Assembly (NCBI GenBank): GCA_017546845.1
Contig: JAFYRS010000094.1
Span: forward strand, 12,573 to 76,572
Source of the DNA: Akkermansia sp.
GTDB lineage: Bacteria > Verrucomicrobiota > Verrucomicrobiia > Verrucomicrobiales > Akkermansiaceae
Length of the DNA stretch: 64,000 bases
Direction: 5' to 3'
In this document: one piece after another, positions 19,451-28,960 of the stretch
Position numbering within the stretch: the first letter of the stretch is position 1
Layout of the letters: every line of letters begins with the position of its first letter
The notes under the pieces: model-generated
Told to the model about the DNA's origin: nothing
What the model saw: only the letters and a program-made list of their open reading frames with translations
The model's database searches: none
Position numbers and translations under genes: made by a program

Positions 19451-19998
19451 AGATGATTCTGGCTTCCCAGTCCCCCCGCCGTCGGGAACTGCTGGCGCGT
19501 GAAGGTGTTGCGTTCCGGGTGGAGGTGCGCGATACGGAGGAGGTGCATGATGCCTCTCTCGCTCCTGAGCAACTCTGCGCCATCAATGCTGCTGCCAAGG
19601 CCGAGGCTGTGGCTCGGGAATTCCCCGGCGAGGTAGTCATTGGCGCGGATACGCTGGTGTTCATTGATGGCGAGCCGCTGGGCAAACCGGCAGATGAAGC
19701 GCAGGCCATAGCCATGTTGCAGCAGCTGCAGGGGCGGACTCACAGCGTCTGCACCGCGGTGGCGGTCATCATGCCCGATGGCTCGCGCCGCGATTTCACC
19801 GAAACGAGCCATGTGACCTTCCGGCCGCTTGATGAGGCTGCCATCCGCCACTACATGAGCCTGGTGCATGTGTTTGACAAGGCCGGGGCATACGCCATTC
19901 AGGAGCATGGCGAGCTGATTATTGAAACATTCGAGGGCGACCTGGACAACGTAATAGGCCTGCCGGTGACGCGCCTGTTGCAGGTCCTTCGCTCATGA
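19447..19998 (+). CDS. maf: Maf family nucleotide pyrophosphatase
   Basis: ILASQSPRRRELL, GADT, LGKP, DKAGAYAIQ and NVIGLP motifs. Confidence 0.93.
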   Translation: MKMILASQSPRRRELLAREGVAFRVEVRDTEEVHDASLAPEQLCAINAAAKAEAVAREFPGEVVIGADTLVFIDGEPLGKPADEAQAIAMLQQLQGRTHSVCTAVAVIMPDGSRRDFTETSHVTFRPLDEAAIRHYMSLVHVFDKAGAYAIQEHGELIIETFEGDLDNVIGLPVTRLLQVLRS

Positions 19999-20012
19999 AG
20001 CAATAAATGAAA

Positions 20013-20043
20013 ACCGCCTGTTCCCTCAAGGGAAACAGGCGGT
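20013..20043. terminator. hairpin terminator between convergent maf and uppS
   Basis: ACCGCCTGTTCCC/GGGA(A)ACAGGCGGT stem; A run on the left gives a U tail on the minus strand. Confidence 0.75.
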
Positions 20044-20061
20044 GAAAGGAATCTCTCATTC

Positions 20062-20763
20062 TCAGCGTTTACCGTAGCGCCGTTCCCGCTTGGCATATTC
20101 TGCCAGGGCGGCTTCGAATTCGGTGCGCCCGAAATCTGGCCAGAGGACATCGGTCACGTAGAGCTCTGAATAGCTGATTTGCCAGAGCAGGTAATTGGAG
20201 ATACGCATTTCTCCACTGGTGCGGATGAGTAAATCCGGGTCAGGCATGCCGGCGGTGTAGAGATTGTCTGCCATCATTTCCGGTGTGATGTCTTCCGGCT
20301 GCAGCGTGCCGGCTTGTACCTGAGTGGCCAGTTTTCTGACGGCGGCGGTGATTTCCTGTCTGGAACCGTAGGAAAGAGCCAGCACGAGGTTGAGTCCATC
20401 ATTGTTCCGGGTGAGCTCCATGCTGCGTTCCAGCTGCTTGCGGCATTTCTCCGGCAGCATGTACAGCTCACCAATGGCATGCAGTCGCACGTTCTTCTCC
20501 ATCATTTCCGGAGTGCGTTCCTGCAGGTATTTCTCCAGCATGTTCATGAGGGCGGTCACTTCCAGTTCGGAGCGCCCCCAGTTCTCGGTGGAGAAGGCGT
20601 AGAGCGTGAGCCATTTGACGCCATGCTCCAGGCAAAGGTCCAGTGCGCGCTGGACGGTCCGCCCGCCTTCCTCATGACCCTTGGCACGGAGAATGCCTTT
20701 CTGTTTGGCCCAGCGGCCATTGCCATCCATGATGATGGCGATATGCTGCGGAATGGAACTCAT
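20062..20763 (-). CDS. uppS: undecaprenyl diphosphate synthase (isoprenyl transferase)
   Basis: HIAIIMDGNGRWA, YAFSTENW, RTSGEMRISNYLLWQ and RRYG motifs. Confidence 0.96.
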   Translation of the reverse strand: MSSIPQHIAIIMDGNGRWAKQKGILRAKGHEEGGRTVQRALDLCLEHGVKWLTLYAFSTENWGRSELEVTALMNMLEKYLQERTPEMMEKNVRLHAIGELYMLPEKCRKQLERSMELTRNNDGLNLVLALSYGSRQEITAAVRKLATQVQAGTLQPEDITPEMMADNLYTAGMPDPDLLIRTSGEMRISNYLLWQISYSELYVTDVLWPDFGRTEFEAALAEYAKRERRYGKR

Positions 20764-20774
20764 GCTCGGTGGAA

Positions 20775-21596
20775 TTACAGGTCGTATTCGCCGTATTCTG
20801 CCAGGATTGCTTCAACGCGGGCCACGTCTTCGGGGGAGTCCACGCCGCTGGTGGTCTTGCGGCCGCGGTAGTTCACCTCCACCATTTTAACTCGCAGCCC
20901 GTTGTAGAGGAAGCGCATCTGCTCCAGCCCTTCGACGCAGCCTTTTTCGTAGTCGCCCTCAGGCAGTTCAAAGTAGTTCTTGAGGGCGGAGTAGGTGTAG
21001 GCATAGAGCCCCACGTGGCGGCGCACCGGGCTTTTCTCCATGGTTTCACGGGCTTTTTCCGGCTTGCGGATGGCGGGAATGGTGCTCTTGGAGAAAGCCA
21101 TGGCGTAGCCATTCTTGTCCACCAGCACGGTGGTGCCGCTGTAAGGTGTTGTCTTCTTGGATTCCACGAGGCGGTCATATTCTGCCCAGTCCAGGTGGAT
21201 GCAGGGAGTGAACACATCGGCCGGGCAGGCCTTCCACTCATCAATGAGCTGCTGGATGACCCAGGGCGGGCAAAGGGGATTGTCGCCCTGCAGGTTGACG
21301 ATGAAATCGGGAGCAGTGGCCTGCTGGCTCACGGCATCCCAGCAGCGCTCTGTGCCGCTGCGACAGGTTTCGGCCGTCATGACCACGGGAACGTTCACGC
21401 CGTTGCAGTAATCCACAATGCGCTGGTCATCTGTGGCAACTACATAGTTGCAGTTCTCGTTATGGCGGCAGATGGAGGCGGCGATGTCTGCTACACGCTT
21501 AATCATTTCCACTCCGGCAATCTTGACCAGCGGTTTGCCGGGCAGGCGGGTGGAGGCATAGCGGGCGGGAATGACAATGAGAATGGACTGGGACAT
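20775..21596 (-). CDS. kdsB: 3-deoxy-manno-octulosonate cytidylyltransferase
   Basis: IPARYASTRLPGKPL, SGTER, NLQGD, LEQMR and GVDSPED motifs. Confidence 0.92.
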   Translation of the reverse strand: MSQSILIVIPARYASTRLPGKPLVKIAGVEMIKRVADIAASICRHNENCNYVVATDDQRIVDYCNGVNVPVVMTAETCRSGTERCWDAVSQQATAPDFIVNLQGDNPLCPPWVIQQLIDEWKACPADVFTPCIHLDWAEYDRLVESKKTTPYSGTTVLVDKNGYAMAFSKSTIPAIRKPEKARETMEKSPVRRHVGLYAYTYSALKNYFELPEGDYEKGCVEGLEQMRFLYNGLRVKMVEVNYRGRKTTSGVDSPEDVARVEAILAEYGEYDL

Positions 21597-21692
21597 AGGT
21601 AAAAATGTGTTTCTAGCGGGTCTATACTAACGCATCTGCTTCTCTTTGTCACGAAGAAAAGCTTATTTTGGAAGCGGTAATTTGCTCTTTGC

Positions 21693-21722
21693 TTGACAAT
21701 GCACCTGCAAAATGCCTAAAAT
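21693..21722 (+). promoter_or_regulatory. sigma70-type promoter, apparently leaderless
   Basis: TTGACA-18-TAAAAT, 6 nt before ATG 21729. Confidence 0.7.
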
Positions 21723-21728
21723 GGGTGC

Positions 21729-22166
21729 ATGAACAGATATCTGCTTCCTTCTCTTTTTGCTGTTTCGGCTCTGTATGCGCAGGCTTCTGAACCCATGGCA
21801 GATGCCAGTGAGCGTCTGCTCTCTGCATTGGAAAAGGAAGTGGAGGCCCTGGAGCAGATTCAGAAGCCGGAGGATGCCACAGAGGTCCTGGGCGAGTTGC
21901 GCGATGCCTTGAAGGAGCTGGAAGCTATGGCTGCGTCTGTTGATGATGCAGAGCTCTGGCAGTACATCGAAAATACGGAAGGCGTGAAGCAGCCGCTGGT
22001 GGATATTCTCAGCCAGCTGGCGCTGCAGATGGCCCGCATTGAAGAGGCGGCCTATTTCAACCACTCCGGGCTTCAGGAACTGCTTGCACCCCAGACGGAG
22101 GAAACGCCCGAGGTGCAGAATGCTAAGCTCGAGAAAATCCGCGCGGTGGATTATGACGATGAGTGA
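21729..22166 (+). CDS. secreted acidic helical hypothetical protein
   Basis: Signal peptide; shares motifs with the ORFs at 32581, 59337 and 59786. Confidence 0.75.
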   Translation: MNRYLLPSLFAVSALYAQASEPMADASERLLSALEKEVEALEQIQKPEDATEVLGELRDALKELEAMAASVDDAELWQYIENTEGVKQPLVDILSQLALQMARIEEAAYFNHSGLQELLAPQTEETPEVQNAKLEKIRAVDYDDE

Positions 22167-22431
22167 TTGAGCTGTTTTTCTCTTTGAGCAGCTCTTGAAC
22201 ATGCTCCAGCTCTTTGTCCATGTAATCGGGCAGATTGTCGCGGTTGCTGTTCATATTGGAGAATATGCGGTCCCGGTATTCGATGGCGGCTGCGCGTGAT
22301 TCTTCTTCCGAACCGTATTGAAGGTCCGAGAAATAGCGGGTGATGATGCGTCCGCAGCGTTGGATGCTGACGCGCCAGCCCTGAAAATCCGTGTTCTCGT
22401 ATGTGTATCGGGTAAGGTTCTTTGTTTTCAT
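22123..22431 (-). CDS. stand-alone AP2-domain putative DNA-binding protein
   Basis: GWRVSIQR....RYFSDLQYG..EESRAAAIEYRD fits the bacterial/phage AP2 pattern. Confidence 0.65.
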   Translation of the reverse strand: MKTKNLTRYTYENTDFQGWRVSIQRCGRIITRYFSDLQYGSEEESRAAAIEYRDRIFSNMNSNRDNLPDYMDKELEHVQELLKEKNSSITHRHNPPRGFSRA

Positions 22432-22436
22432 GGAAA

Positions 22437-22468
22437 AGGGGATGTAGCGTGATGATGCTACATCCCCT
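22437..22468 (-). terminator. hairpin between NadE-like gene and AP2 gene
   Basis: 12-bp inverted repeat AGGGGATGTAGC/GCTACATCCCCT with a short U tail on the minus strand. Confidence 0.6.
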
Positions 22469-22496
22469 CTTTCAAGTTCAATAACTTGTATATCAA

Positions 22497-23984
22497 TTAG
22501 TCGTTCAACCTGTGAGTGACTGGGAAAGTCAGCTGCTCTGACGGGGCATCCACATGAAGAATGATAGGCATCTGCGTGCGCTTCAATGCGGCGGCCAGGA
22601 GCTTGCGCTGGATGAGGCGTACGTCATTTTCCTTGAACAGGTAGTTGTTCTCCGCATTGAGAAGCGCGGTGGGTGCCGTGTTCAGGTCTGCAAGTTCATG
22701 GATGATGCGGTTGGTCGTGCCATGCGGCGGCTCTGCCAGTGCGCCGAATACATGGCTGTATTTCTCCTTGAGGTATACGCTCAACAGGTAGATATCCACA
22801 TCGTAGAGATTGCCGAGAGGTGCCAGGTGGCCGCCGGATTCTCCGTACATGCAGAAATCGCCCAGCATAATCTGACGGCGGCTGAGGGTTGAGCAGAGCA
22901 TGATGCCGCGGGATTCTGCGTGGGACATGCCGATGGCGGTCTGGAGTCTCTTCAGAAGGGGCGTGCTTTCTTCTCCTCCCAGTGCTGCGGTGGCGGCCTT
23001 CTGCAAATCATCAATATGCGGGGTAAAACAGCTGATTCCCAGTTTTTCTGCCAGTTTGTTCTCTTTCTCAAAAGAGATGCCGCTCACGTTGGATACGCCC
23101 AGAGCCTCGATGCAGAGAACCGCCAGCAGGGCCGAGTTATCGTCATCCATGGGAACGCATACCCCGGTGAATCCATTGTTTCTCACGTTATCCCGAATGC
23201 CGCGTTCCAGTGCGCCGCACATCAGTTCTTCCTCCTGCGGAAGGTGTTTTGCCACTGCAGGTCTGGAAATATCCACCACCTTGGCAGCTGTCTCAAAGAA
23301 CGGAAGCCGTTGCAGCGTTTCGCCCTGGGGTGAATACACGCCGGAACCGCCTCCATACACATTGCCGCCCACAGAGCCGACTGGCCGGCAGCAAATGATG
23401 ATGCTGCCCGTCATGGATGCTTCCCAGGAGCGGGCTTCTTCATCTGCCGTGGCAGAACTTGCGTACCACGGAGTGCAGGGCATGCGTACGATGAAGTCAT
23501 AATCCTCTGCCGGCAGTAATTCTTCATCGCTGGTATCAACGTAGAAATTGGAGTCGTTGATGAGTACGCTGCTGTTGTTGTCCAATTCGGTCACGCTGTC
23601 CTTTTCCAGCAGGTAGGGAACAAGCTGAATGCTGCGGTCATGCTGCATCCAGGGGTCTGTTTCCTCATCCCCATCGCCTGCCATCCCGACATAGAGCTCA
23701 TCATCTCCTATGGTCAGCGTGTACGCGGCCAGCAGGAGAGGCGCATGACCCAGTTCCCGGGATAATGATTCCAGCGCGGCTTTGGTCTGGTTGATGTACG
23801 AACGGCGCGTGACCAGATTGTGAGGTTCCACTCCGCAAAGCGCTGCAGCTGGTGCCACTACGATGTCTGCTCCGTGGTCCAGACATTCGCGATAGCCTTG
23901 TACAATGGCTCGCAGATTGACGGAAAAATCGCCAGGAAGGGGGGCGTTCTGAATAATGCCGACTTTAGTAATACTTGTGCTCAT
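22497..23984 (-). CDS. degenerate glutamine-dependent NAD+ synthetase-like protein (nitrilase + NadE-like domains)
   Basis: N-terminal QNAPLPGDF..N / VYGGGS nitrilase-like region; C-terminal RGIRD...GF, MYGESGGHLAPLGNLY and KRTQMP; catalytic motifs altered. Confidence 0.7.
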   Translation of the reverse strand: MSTSITKVGIIQNAPLPGDFSVNLRAIVQGYRECLDHGADIVVAPAAALCGVEPHNLVTRRSYINQTKAALESLSRELGHAPLLLAAYTLTIGDDELYVGMAGDGDEETDPWMQHDRSIQLVPYLLEKDSVTELDNNSSVLINDSNFYVDTSDEELLPAEDYDFIVRMPCTPWYASSATADEEARSWEASMTGSIIICCRPVGSVGGNVYGGGSGVYSPQGETLQRLPFFETAAKVVDISRPAVAKHLPQEEELMCGALERGIRDNVRNNGFTGVCVPMDDDNSALLAVLCIEALGVSNVSGISFEKENKLAEKLGISCFTPHIDDLQKAATAALGGEESTPLLKRLQTAIGMSHAESRGIMLCSTLSRRQIMLGDFCMYGESGGHLAPLGNLYDVDIYLLSVYLKEKYSHVFGALAEPPHGTTNRIIHELADLNTAPTALLNAENNYLFKENDVRLIQRKLLAAALKRTQMPIILHVDAPSEQLTFPVTHRLND

Positions 23985-24077
23985 TAGAAAGATATAGTAG
24001 AGGGAGTTGCTTGCCCATACTGCACGTTTCCAGCGAGAAAAGCAAGTCTAAAAACTGTATTGCTGGAATGAAATTGC

Positions 24078-24109
24078 AAAAAGCAGCGACCTTTGAGAGG
24101 TCGCTGCTT
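24078..24109 (-). terminator. intrinsic terminator after argH
   Basis: AAGCAGCGACCT/AGGTCGCTGCTT stem with adjacent A run. Confidence 0.8.
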
Positions 24110-24124
24110 GATGAGAACAAAAAA

Positions 24125-25489
24125 TCAGGAAAGCTTTTCCCGCCAGAAAGCAAGACGCCGTGCCGTGTTATCCGGGTTAGGAGCACCCGGATTGGTGCGC
24201 AGGGCAAACGCGCGGTCGAGGTTGAATACCTCGTGCACATCTTTGCCGTACTCGGGGGAAATTTCTGTGTATTCCTCAAGGCTCAGTTCGTTGAGCGGAG
24301 TGCCTGTCCCGACAGAGACCGCCACAGCCTTACCCACCAGTTCATGCGCTTTGCGGAACGGAACACCCCGGCGCACCAGGTAATCCGCCAGGTCTGTGGC
24401 AAGGAGCAGGGGGTCGCTTACGGCGGCGGCGCAGCGGTCAGGGTTAATGCGCATAGCTGCCACCATTTCTGCATTTACCCGCAAGGCGAGGCTTATGGTT
24501 TCAAACGAATCGAACAGGGGTTCCTTATCTTCCTGCAAATCGCGGTTATAGGTAAGGGGCAATCCCTTTACCGCCACCATCACGCTCACGAGGTTGCCAT
24601 ACAGACGCCCGCTCTTGCCGCGGGTCAGCTCACACACATCCGGGTTCTTTTTCTGCGGCATCAGGCTGGAGCCGGTGGTGTGGGCATCGCTGAGCGTGCA
24701 GTAGCCGAACTCGGCGCTGCTCCAGAGCACCAGGTCTTCACTCAGGCGGGAAAGATGCGTGCCGATGAGCGAAAGGTCGAAAAGCGTTTCCATGATGTAA
24801 TCGCGGTCGGCAATAGCATCCATGGAGTTCTCGGTTACGCTGTCGAAACCAAGTTCAGCAGCAATGGCGCTGCGGTCCAGGTTAATCGTGCTGCCAGCAA
24901 TAGCGCCGCTTCCCAGCGGGCTCACATTCACGCGGCGGCGGCAATCAGCCAGGCGCTCTGCATCACGTGCCAGCATTTCCACATAGGCCAGCAGGTGGTG
25001 GCCGATTGTTACCGGCTGGGCGCGCTGCAGGTGGGTGTACCCGGGGATGCGTACTTCGGAATACTGAGAAGCTTTCTGCACCAGTGCGCGCTGCATATCC
25101 TTGAGCAGCTCCAGCGTGGTGTCAATCTGGGCGCGGCAATACAGGCGCGTATCTGTAGCCACCTGGTCGTTGCGGGAGCGGGCGGTGTGCAGCTTGGCAC
25201 CAGGGGCGCCGATGCGGCGCGTCAGTTCGCTCTCGATGTTCATGTGAACATCTTCCAGCTTCATGCTCCAGCTGAAATTACCGGCCTTGATATCAGCAAG
25301 GATTTCCTGCAGCCCATTTGCTATAGCATCAAATTCCTGCTGAGTCAGCATGCCTGCGTTCAGTTGCGCACGCGCATGAGCCGTTGAACCGGCAATGTCA
25401 TGTTCATACAGTTTCCAATCGTAGGAAACGGATTCGCCATATTCCAATACCAAATCAGCCGTAGGTTGTGAAAAACGTCCTGTCCACAT
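24125..25489 (-). CDS. argH: argininosuccinate lyase
   Basis: MWTGRF, EDVHMNIE, HTARSRNDQ and GSSLMPQKKNPD motifs. Confidence 0.97.
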   Translation of the reverse strand: MWTGRFSQPTADLVLEYGESVSYDWKLYEHDIAGSTAHARAQLNAGMLTQQEFDAIANGLQEILADIKAGNFSWSMKLEDVHMNIESELTRRIGAPGAKLHTARSRNDQVATDTRLYCRAQIDTTLELLKDMQRALVQKASQYSEVRIPGYTHLQRAQPVTIGHHLLAYVEMLARDAERLADCRRRVNVSPLGSGAIAGSTINLDRSAIAAELGFDSVTENSMDAIADRDYIMETLFDLSLIGTHLSRLSEDLVLWSSAEFGYCTLSDAHTTGSSLMPQKKNPDVCELTRGKSGRLYGNLVSVMVAVKGLPLTYNRDLQEDKEPLFDSFETISLALRVNAEMVAAMRINPDRCAAAVSDPLLLATDLADYLVRRGVPFRKAHELVGKAVAVSVGTGTPLNELSLEEYTEISPEYGKDVHEVFNLDRAFALRTNPGAPNPDNTARRLAFWREKLS

Positions 25490-25629
25490 AGCGCGCAAAG
25501 CTTATCATTAAACTGTTGCTTGTGCAAGCCGTAATGCTGCCATGGTGCAGCTGTGGCCCGGGCATCGGCGTACACACGGAGTGAGCCCTTGACAGAGCGG
25601 TTGAATTGGGCTATGCTGAGAGCACGACA

Positions 25630-26319
25630 ATGAAGCTGTTACGAAATGTCTTGCTGGCAACAACACTCGTGTGTTGCTCTCTGACCCAGGCGGTAGAAGT
25701 GGTGCTTTGCGGTGGGGTTGCGTTGCGCTCGTGGGAAAATCTGCGTGGCCCGGCGGCGCATGATAACTGGTGGGCTAACTTTGTGCGCGCCTCGACGGTA
25801 TATATTGATGGGGCTCTGGCCCGCAATCCGGATAAGGATATTCTCTGGATTGTGTACAGACCTTCCTACATCACCCGTGGCAAGGAGAACAAGATTGACT
25901 ACATTGCCCGCATCAAAGAGACGGCGGCCAAGCGCAACATCCGCTTCAAGTTCGTGGATTCTGCGGATGAGGCATACGCTGCCATCAACAAAGCTCCGCG
26001 CAACAAGCAGGACAGGATTACCGCATTCTTCTACTTCGGCCACAGCAACCCTCATGCGTTCATGCTGGATTACAGCAATGACATCATGGCTGCTTCCACG
26101 GCCTGGATTCATGAAAAAGACCTGGCTACCAAAATCAATCCTGCCATTTTTGACGCCAATGCGGAATGCTGGAGCTATGGGTGCTATACCGGCCGCAGCA
26201 TGAGCCGCTACTGGCGCGAGGCCTTCAAGGTGGCTCTGTGGGGAAATCTGGAATCCACCCGCTACCAGCCTGTGGGGGAAGGCAAGTTGCCCGCCGGAGC
26301 AGGCAAGTGGGTGCGTTGA
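25630..26319 (+). CDS. secreted hypothetical protein with possible His-Cys dyad (clan CD/DUF4347-like)
   Basis: Signal peptide; FFYFGHS and WSYGCYTG motifs; promoter TTGACA-17-TATGCT upstream. Confidence 0.7.
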   Translation: MKLLRNVLLATTLVCCSLTQAVEVVLCGGVALRSWENLRGPAAHDNWWANFVRASTVYIDGALARNPDKDILWIVYRPSYITRGKENKIDYIARIKETAAKRNIRFKFVDSADEAYAAINKAPRNKQDRITAFFYFGHSNPHAFMLDYSNDIMAASTAWIHEKDLATKINPAIFDANAECWSYGCYTGRSMSRYWREAFKVALWGNLESTRYQPVGEGKLPAGAGKWVR

Positions 26320-26333
26320 TTGTTTTGAGCATG

Positions 26334-26369
26334 AAAAAAGGCGGTGCTTTCAGCAAGCACCGCCTTTTT
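26334..26369. terminator. bidirectional intrinsic terminator
   Basis: AAAAAGGCGGTGCTT/AAGCACCGCCTTTTT between convergent genes. Confidence 0.88.
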
Positions 26370-26380
26370 GCGTGTGGGGA

Positions 26381-28960
26381 TTAATCTTTCTTTTTACGCG
26401 TTGTGCGTTTCTTCGGGGCAGGCTTTGGCTTCTCCTCGGCAAAGGCAATATCGCTGGTGCCTTCGGGGCGGATGGCGCGGCTCATGCAGCCGGCTACCAG
26501 CTCGCCGCGGAGGATGGCCTCGGCGATGGGATCTTCGAGCAGGCGTTCAATGGCGCGGCGCATGGGGCGTGCGCCATACTGCGGGTCATATCCCTTGTCC
26601 ACCAGCATGCTGATGACCTCCGGCGAGAGGGTGAGCGAAATTTCCTTATCAGCCAGGCGGCGGATGAGTTTCTGCGCTTCCAGCTCCACAATCTTTTCAA
26701 GGTCGGGGCGGTTGAGCATGCGGAAGACGATGAGTTCATCAAAACGGTTGATGAATTCCGGGCGGAAGTGCTTTTTAGCCGCCTCGGTAATCTTCTCCTT
26801 CATGCTGTCGTAGTCATCTTCCTCACTGGCGGTGCTGAAGCCCATGCTGCTGCGCTGGTCTGCCAGGCTGGCGCCCACGTTGGAGGTGAGAATGATGATG
26901 GTGTTGCTGAAGTTGACCTTGCGGCCGAGCGAATCGGTCATGCAGCCCTCCTCCAGCACCTGCAGCAGCAGGTTCATAACATCCGGGTGGGCCTTTTCCA
27001 CCTCATCAAACAGAATCACGGCGTACGGACGGCGGCGGATCTTCTCCGTCAGCTGGCCACCTTCATCGTGCCCCACGTAGCCGGGAGGCGAGCCGATAAG
27101 GCGGCTGGTGCTGAATTTTTCCATGTATTCGCTCATATCCACCTGGATGAGCGCTTCGGATGTGCCAAACATGATTTCGGCCAGGTTGCGGGCCAGGTAG
27201 GTCTTGCCCACGCCCGTGGGACCCATGAAGAGGAATGAACCAATGGGACGGCGCGGGTCCTTGATATCGGCCCTGCTGCGGCGCAGCGCGCGGGAAATGG
27301 CAGAACAGGCGATATCCTGGCCAATGACCTTGCTCTTGAGCTCCTCCTCCATGCGCAGGAGTTTTTCTGTTTCTTTTTCCTCCATGCGGGCCAGGGGGAT
27401 GCCCGTCCACTTGGAAACCACGGTCATGATGTCATCCTCGGTGACTTCCAGATAATTGGAATCCATGGCATTCTTCCAGTCGGCGACGGAGGCCCCGATG
27501 CTGGCCTCCAGCGCCTTGATGGAATCGCGCAGGCGGGCAGCAGTTTCGAAATCCTGCTTGCTGACCGCCTCCCGCTTCTCGCTTTCCATGCGGCGGAGTT
27601 CGCCTTCCTCCCGCTTGATATCGGCGGGGCGGGTCATGATGGACACTCGCATGCGAGAGCCAGCCTCATCCATGAGGTCGATGGCTTTATCCGGCAGGAA
27701 ACGTCCGGTCAGGTAACGCTTTGAGAGGTAGGCGGCACTTTCCAGCGCCTTGGGCGTGTAGTGCACGTGGTGGTGCTTTTCGTACTGCGGAGCAATGCCC
27801 TTGAGAATCTGCACCGTGTCCTCCACCGAGGGTTCCTGCACCTGCACCTGCTGGAAGCGGCGCTCGAATGCGGCGTCTTTCTCGATGTGTTTGCGGTATT
27901 CGTTGAGCGTGGTGGCGCCGATGGCCTGCATCTCACCGCGGGAAAGGGCGGGTTTGATGATGTTGGAGGCATCCATGGTGCCTTCTGCAGAGCCGGCGCC
28001 GATGAGGGTGTGAATCTCATCAATGAAGAGGATGATGTTCTTCTCCTTGCGGATTTCATCCATGACGGCCTTGAGGCGTTCCTCGAACTGGCCGCGGTAC
28101 TTGGTTCCTGCGACCATGAGCGCCATATCAAGCGAGATAAGACGCTTTCCGAGCAGGAATTCCGGCACATCTCCAGCGGCAATCATCTGCGCCAGTCCTT
28201 CAATGATGGCCGTTTTGCCCACGCCTGCCTCACCGAGCAGTACCGGGTTGTTCTTGGTACGGCGGCAGAGAATCTGGATGATTCGTTCCAACTCTGCCTG
28301 GCGGCCAATGACCGGGTCCATTTCGCCAGCGGCGGCGCGAGCCGTCAAATCACGTCCGAAGGCGCTCAGCGCGGGCGTATTGGAATTATTGCGGAAAGCG
28401 GCTCCGTTGTTGCCGGCGGTCTGGTGGTGCAGGAAGGCATTGCTGTCTTCCTCTTCTTCCTCATCGCGGCGGGGGCGGTGGGAATCTCCTGGCGGCGGTT
28501 CATTGCCCTGGGAATCCATGCCGAATCCCGGGGTGATTTCTTCCATCACGCCGCGGCGCACGGAATCATACGTCAGACCGAAAGAAACCAGGCTGTGCCA
28601 GGCCAGGCCATCCTCGTCCTTGAGCATAGCCAGGAGGAGATGCTCCGTGCCAACATAGGTGTGCTTGAGCTTCTTGGCCTCTTCGCCAGCCTGAATCAGC
28701 ATTTTGCGTACTCGGGGCGTGTAGGGCAGAGAGCCTTCGGCCGCAGCTGCGCCGGGGACGATGCTCTGTTCAATTTTGGCGGTCAGGTCGGCAACATCAA
28801 CACCGGCGTTCTCCATGACGCTGATGGCAACGCCCTGACCAAGCTTGAGCAGGCCCAGGAGTACGTGTTCAGCGCCTATGTAGTTGTGGTGGAAACGGTC
28901 TGCCTCGCGGCGTGCGATGTTGAGAACCTGTTGAGCGCGTGGGGTGAAGTTGTTGTTCAT
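26381..28960 (-). CDS. clpC: ATP-dependent Clp protease ATP-binding subunit ClpC
   Basis: Clp N repeats, two Walker A motifs ([16 protein letters not shown]), UVR middle domain; lies in an mcsA-mcsB operon. Confidence 0.96.
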   Translation of the reverse strand: MNNNFTPRAQQVLNIARREADRFHHNYIGAEHVLLGLLKLGQGVAISVMENAGVDVADLTAKIEQSIVPGAAAAEGSLPYTPRVRKMLIQAGEEAKKLKHTYVGTEHLLLAMLKDEDGLAWHSLVSFGLTYDSVRRGVMEEITPGFGMDSQGNEPPPGDSHRPRRDEEEEEDSNAFLHHQTAGNNGAAFRNNSNTPALSAFGRDLTARAAAGEMDPVIGRQAELERIIQILCRRTKNNPVLLGEAGVGKTAIIEGLAQMIAAGDVPEFLLGKRLISLDMALMVAGTKYRGQFEERLKAVMDEIRKEKNIILFIDEIHTLIGAGSAEGTMDASNIIKPALSRGEMQAIGATTLNEYRKHIEKDAAFERRFQQVQVQEPSVEDTVQILKGIAPQYEKHHHVHYTPKALESAAYLSKRYLTGRFLPDKAIDLMDEAGSRMRVSIMTRPADIKREEGELRRMESEKREAVSKQDFETAARLRDSIKALEASIGASVADWKNAMDSNYLEVTEDDIMTVVSKWTGIPLARMEEKETEKLLRMEEELKSKVIGQDIACSAISRALRRSRADIKDPRRPIGSFLFMGPTGVGKTYLARNLAEIMFGTSEALIQVDMSEYMEKFSTSRLIGSPPGYVGHDEGGQLTEKIRRRPYAVILFDEVEKAHPDVMNLLLQVLEEGCMTDSLGRKVNFSNTIIILTSNVGASLADQRSSMGFSTASEEDDYDSMKEKITEAAKKHFRPEFINRFDELIVFRMLNRPDLEKIVELEAQKLIRRLADKEISLTLSPEVISMLVDKGYDPQYGARPMRRAIERLLEDPIAEAILRGELVAGCMSRAIRPEGTSDIAFAEEKPKPAPKKRTTRKKKD

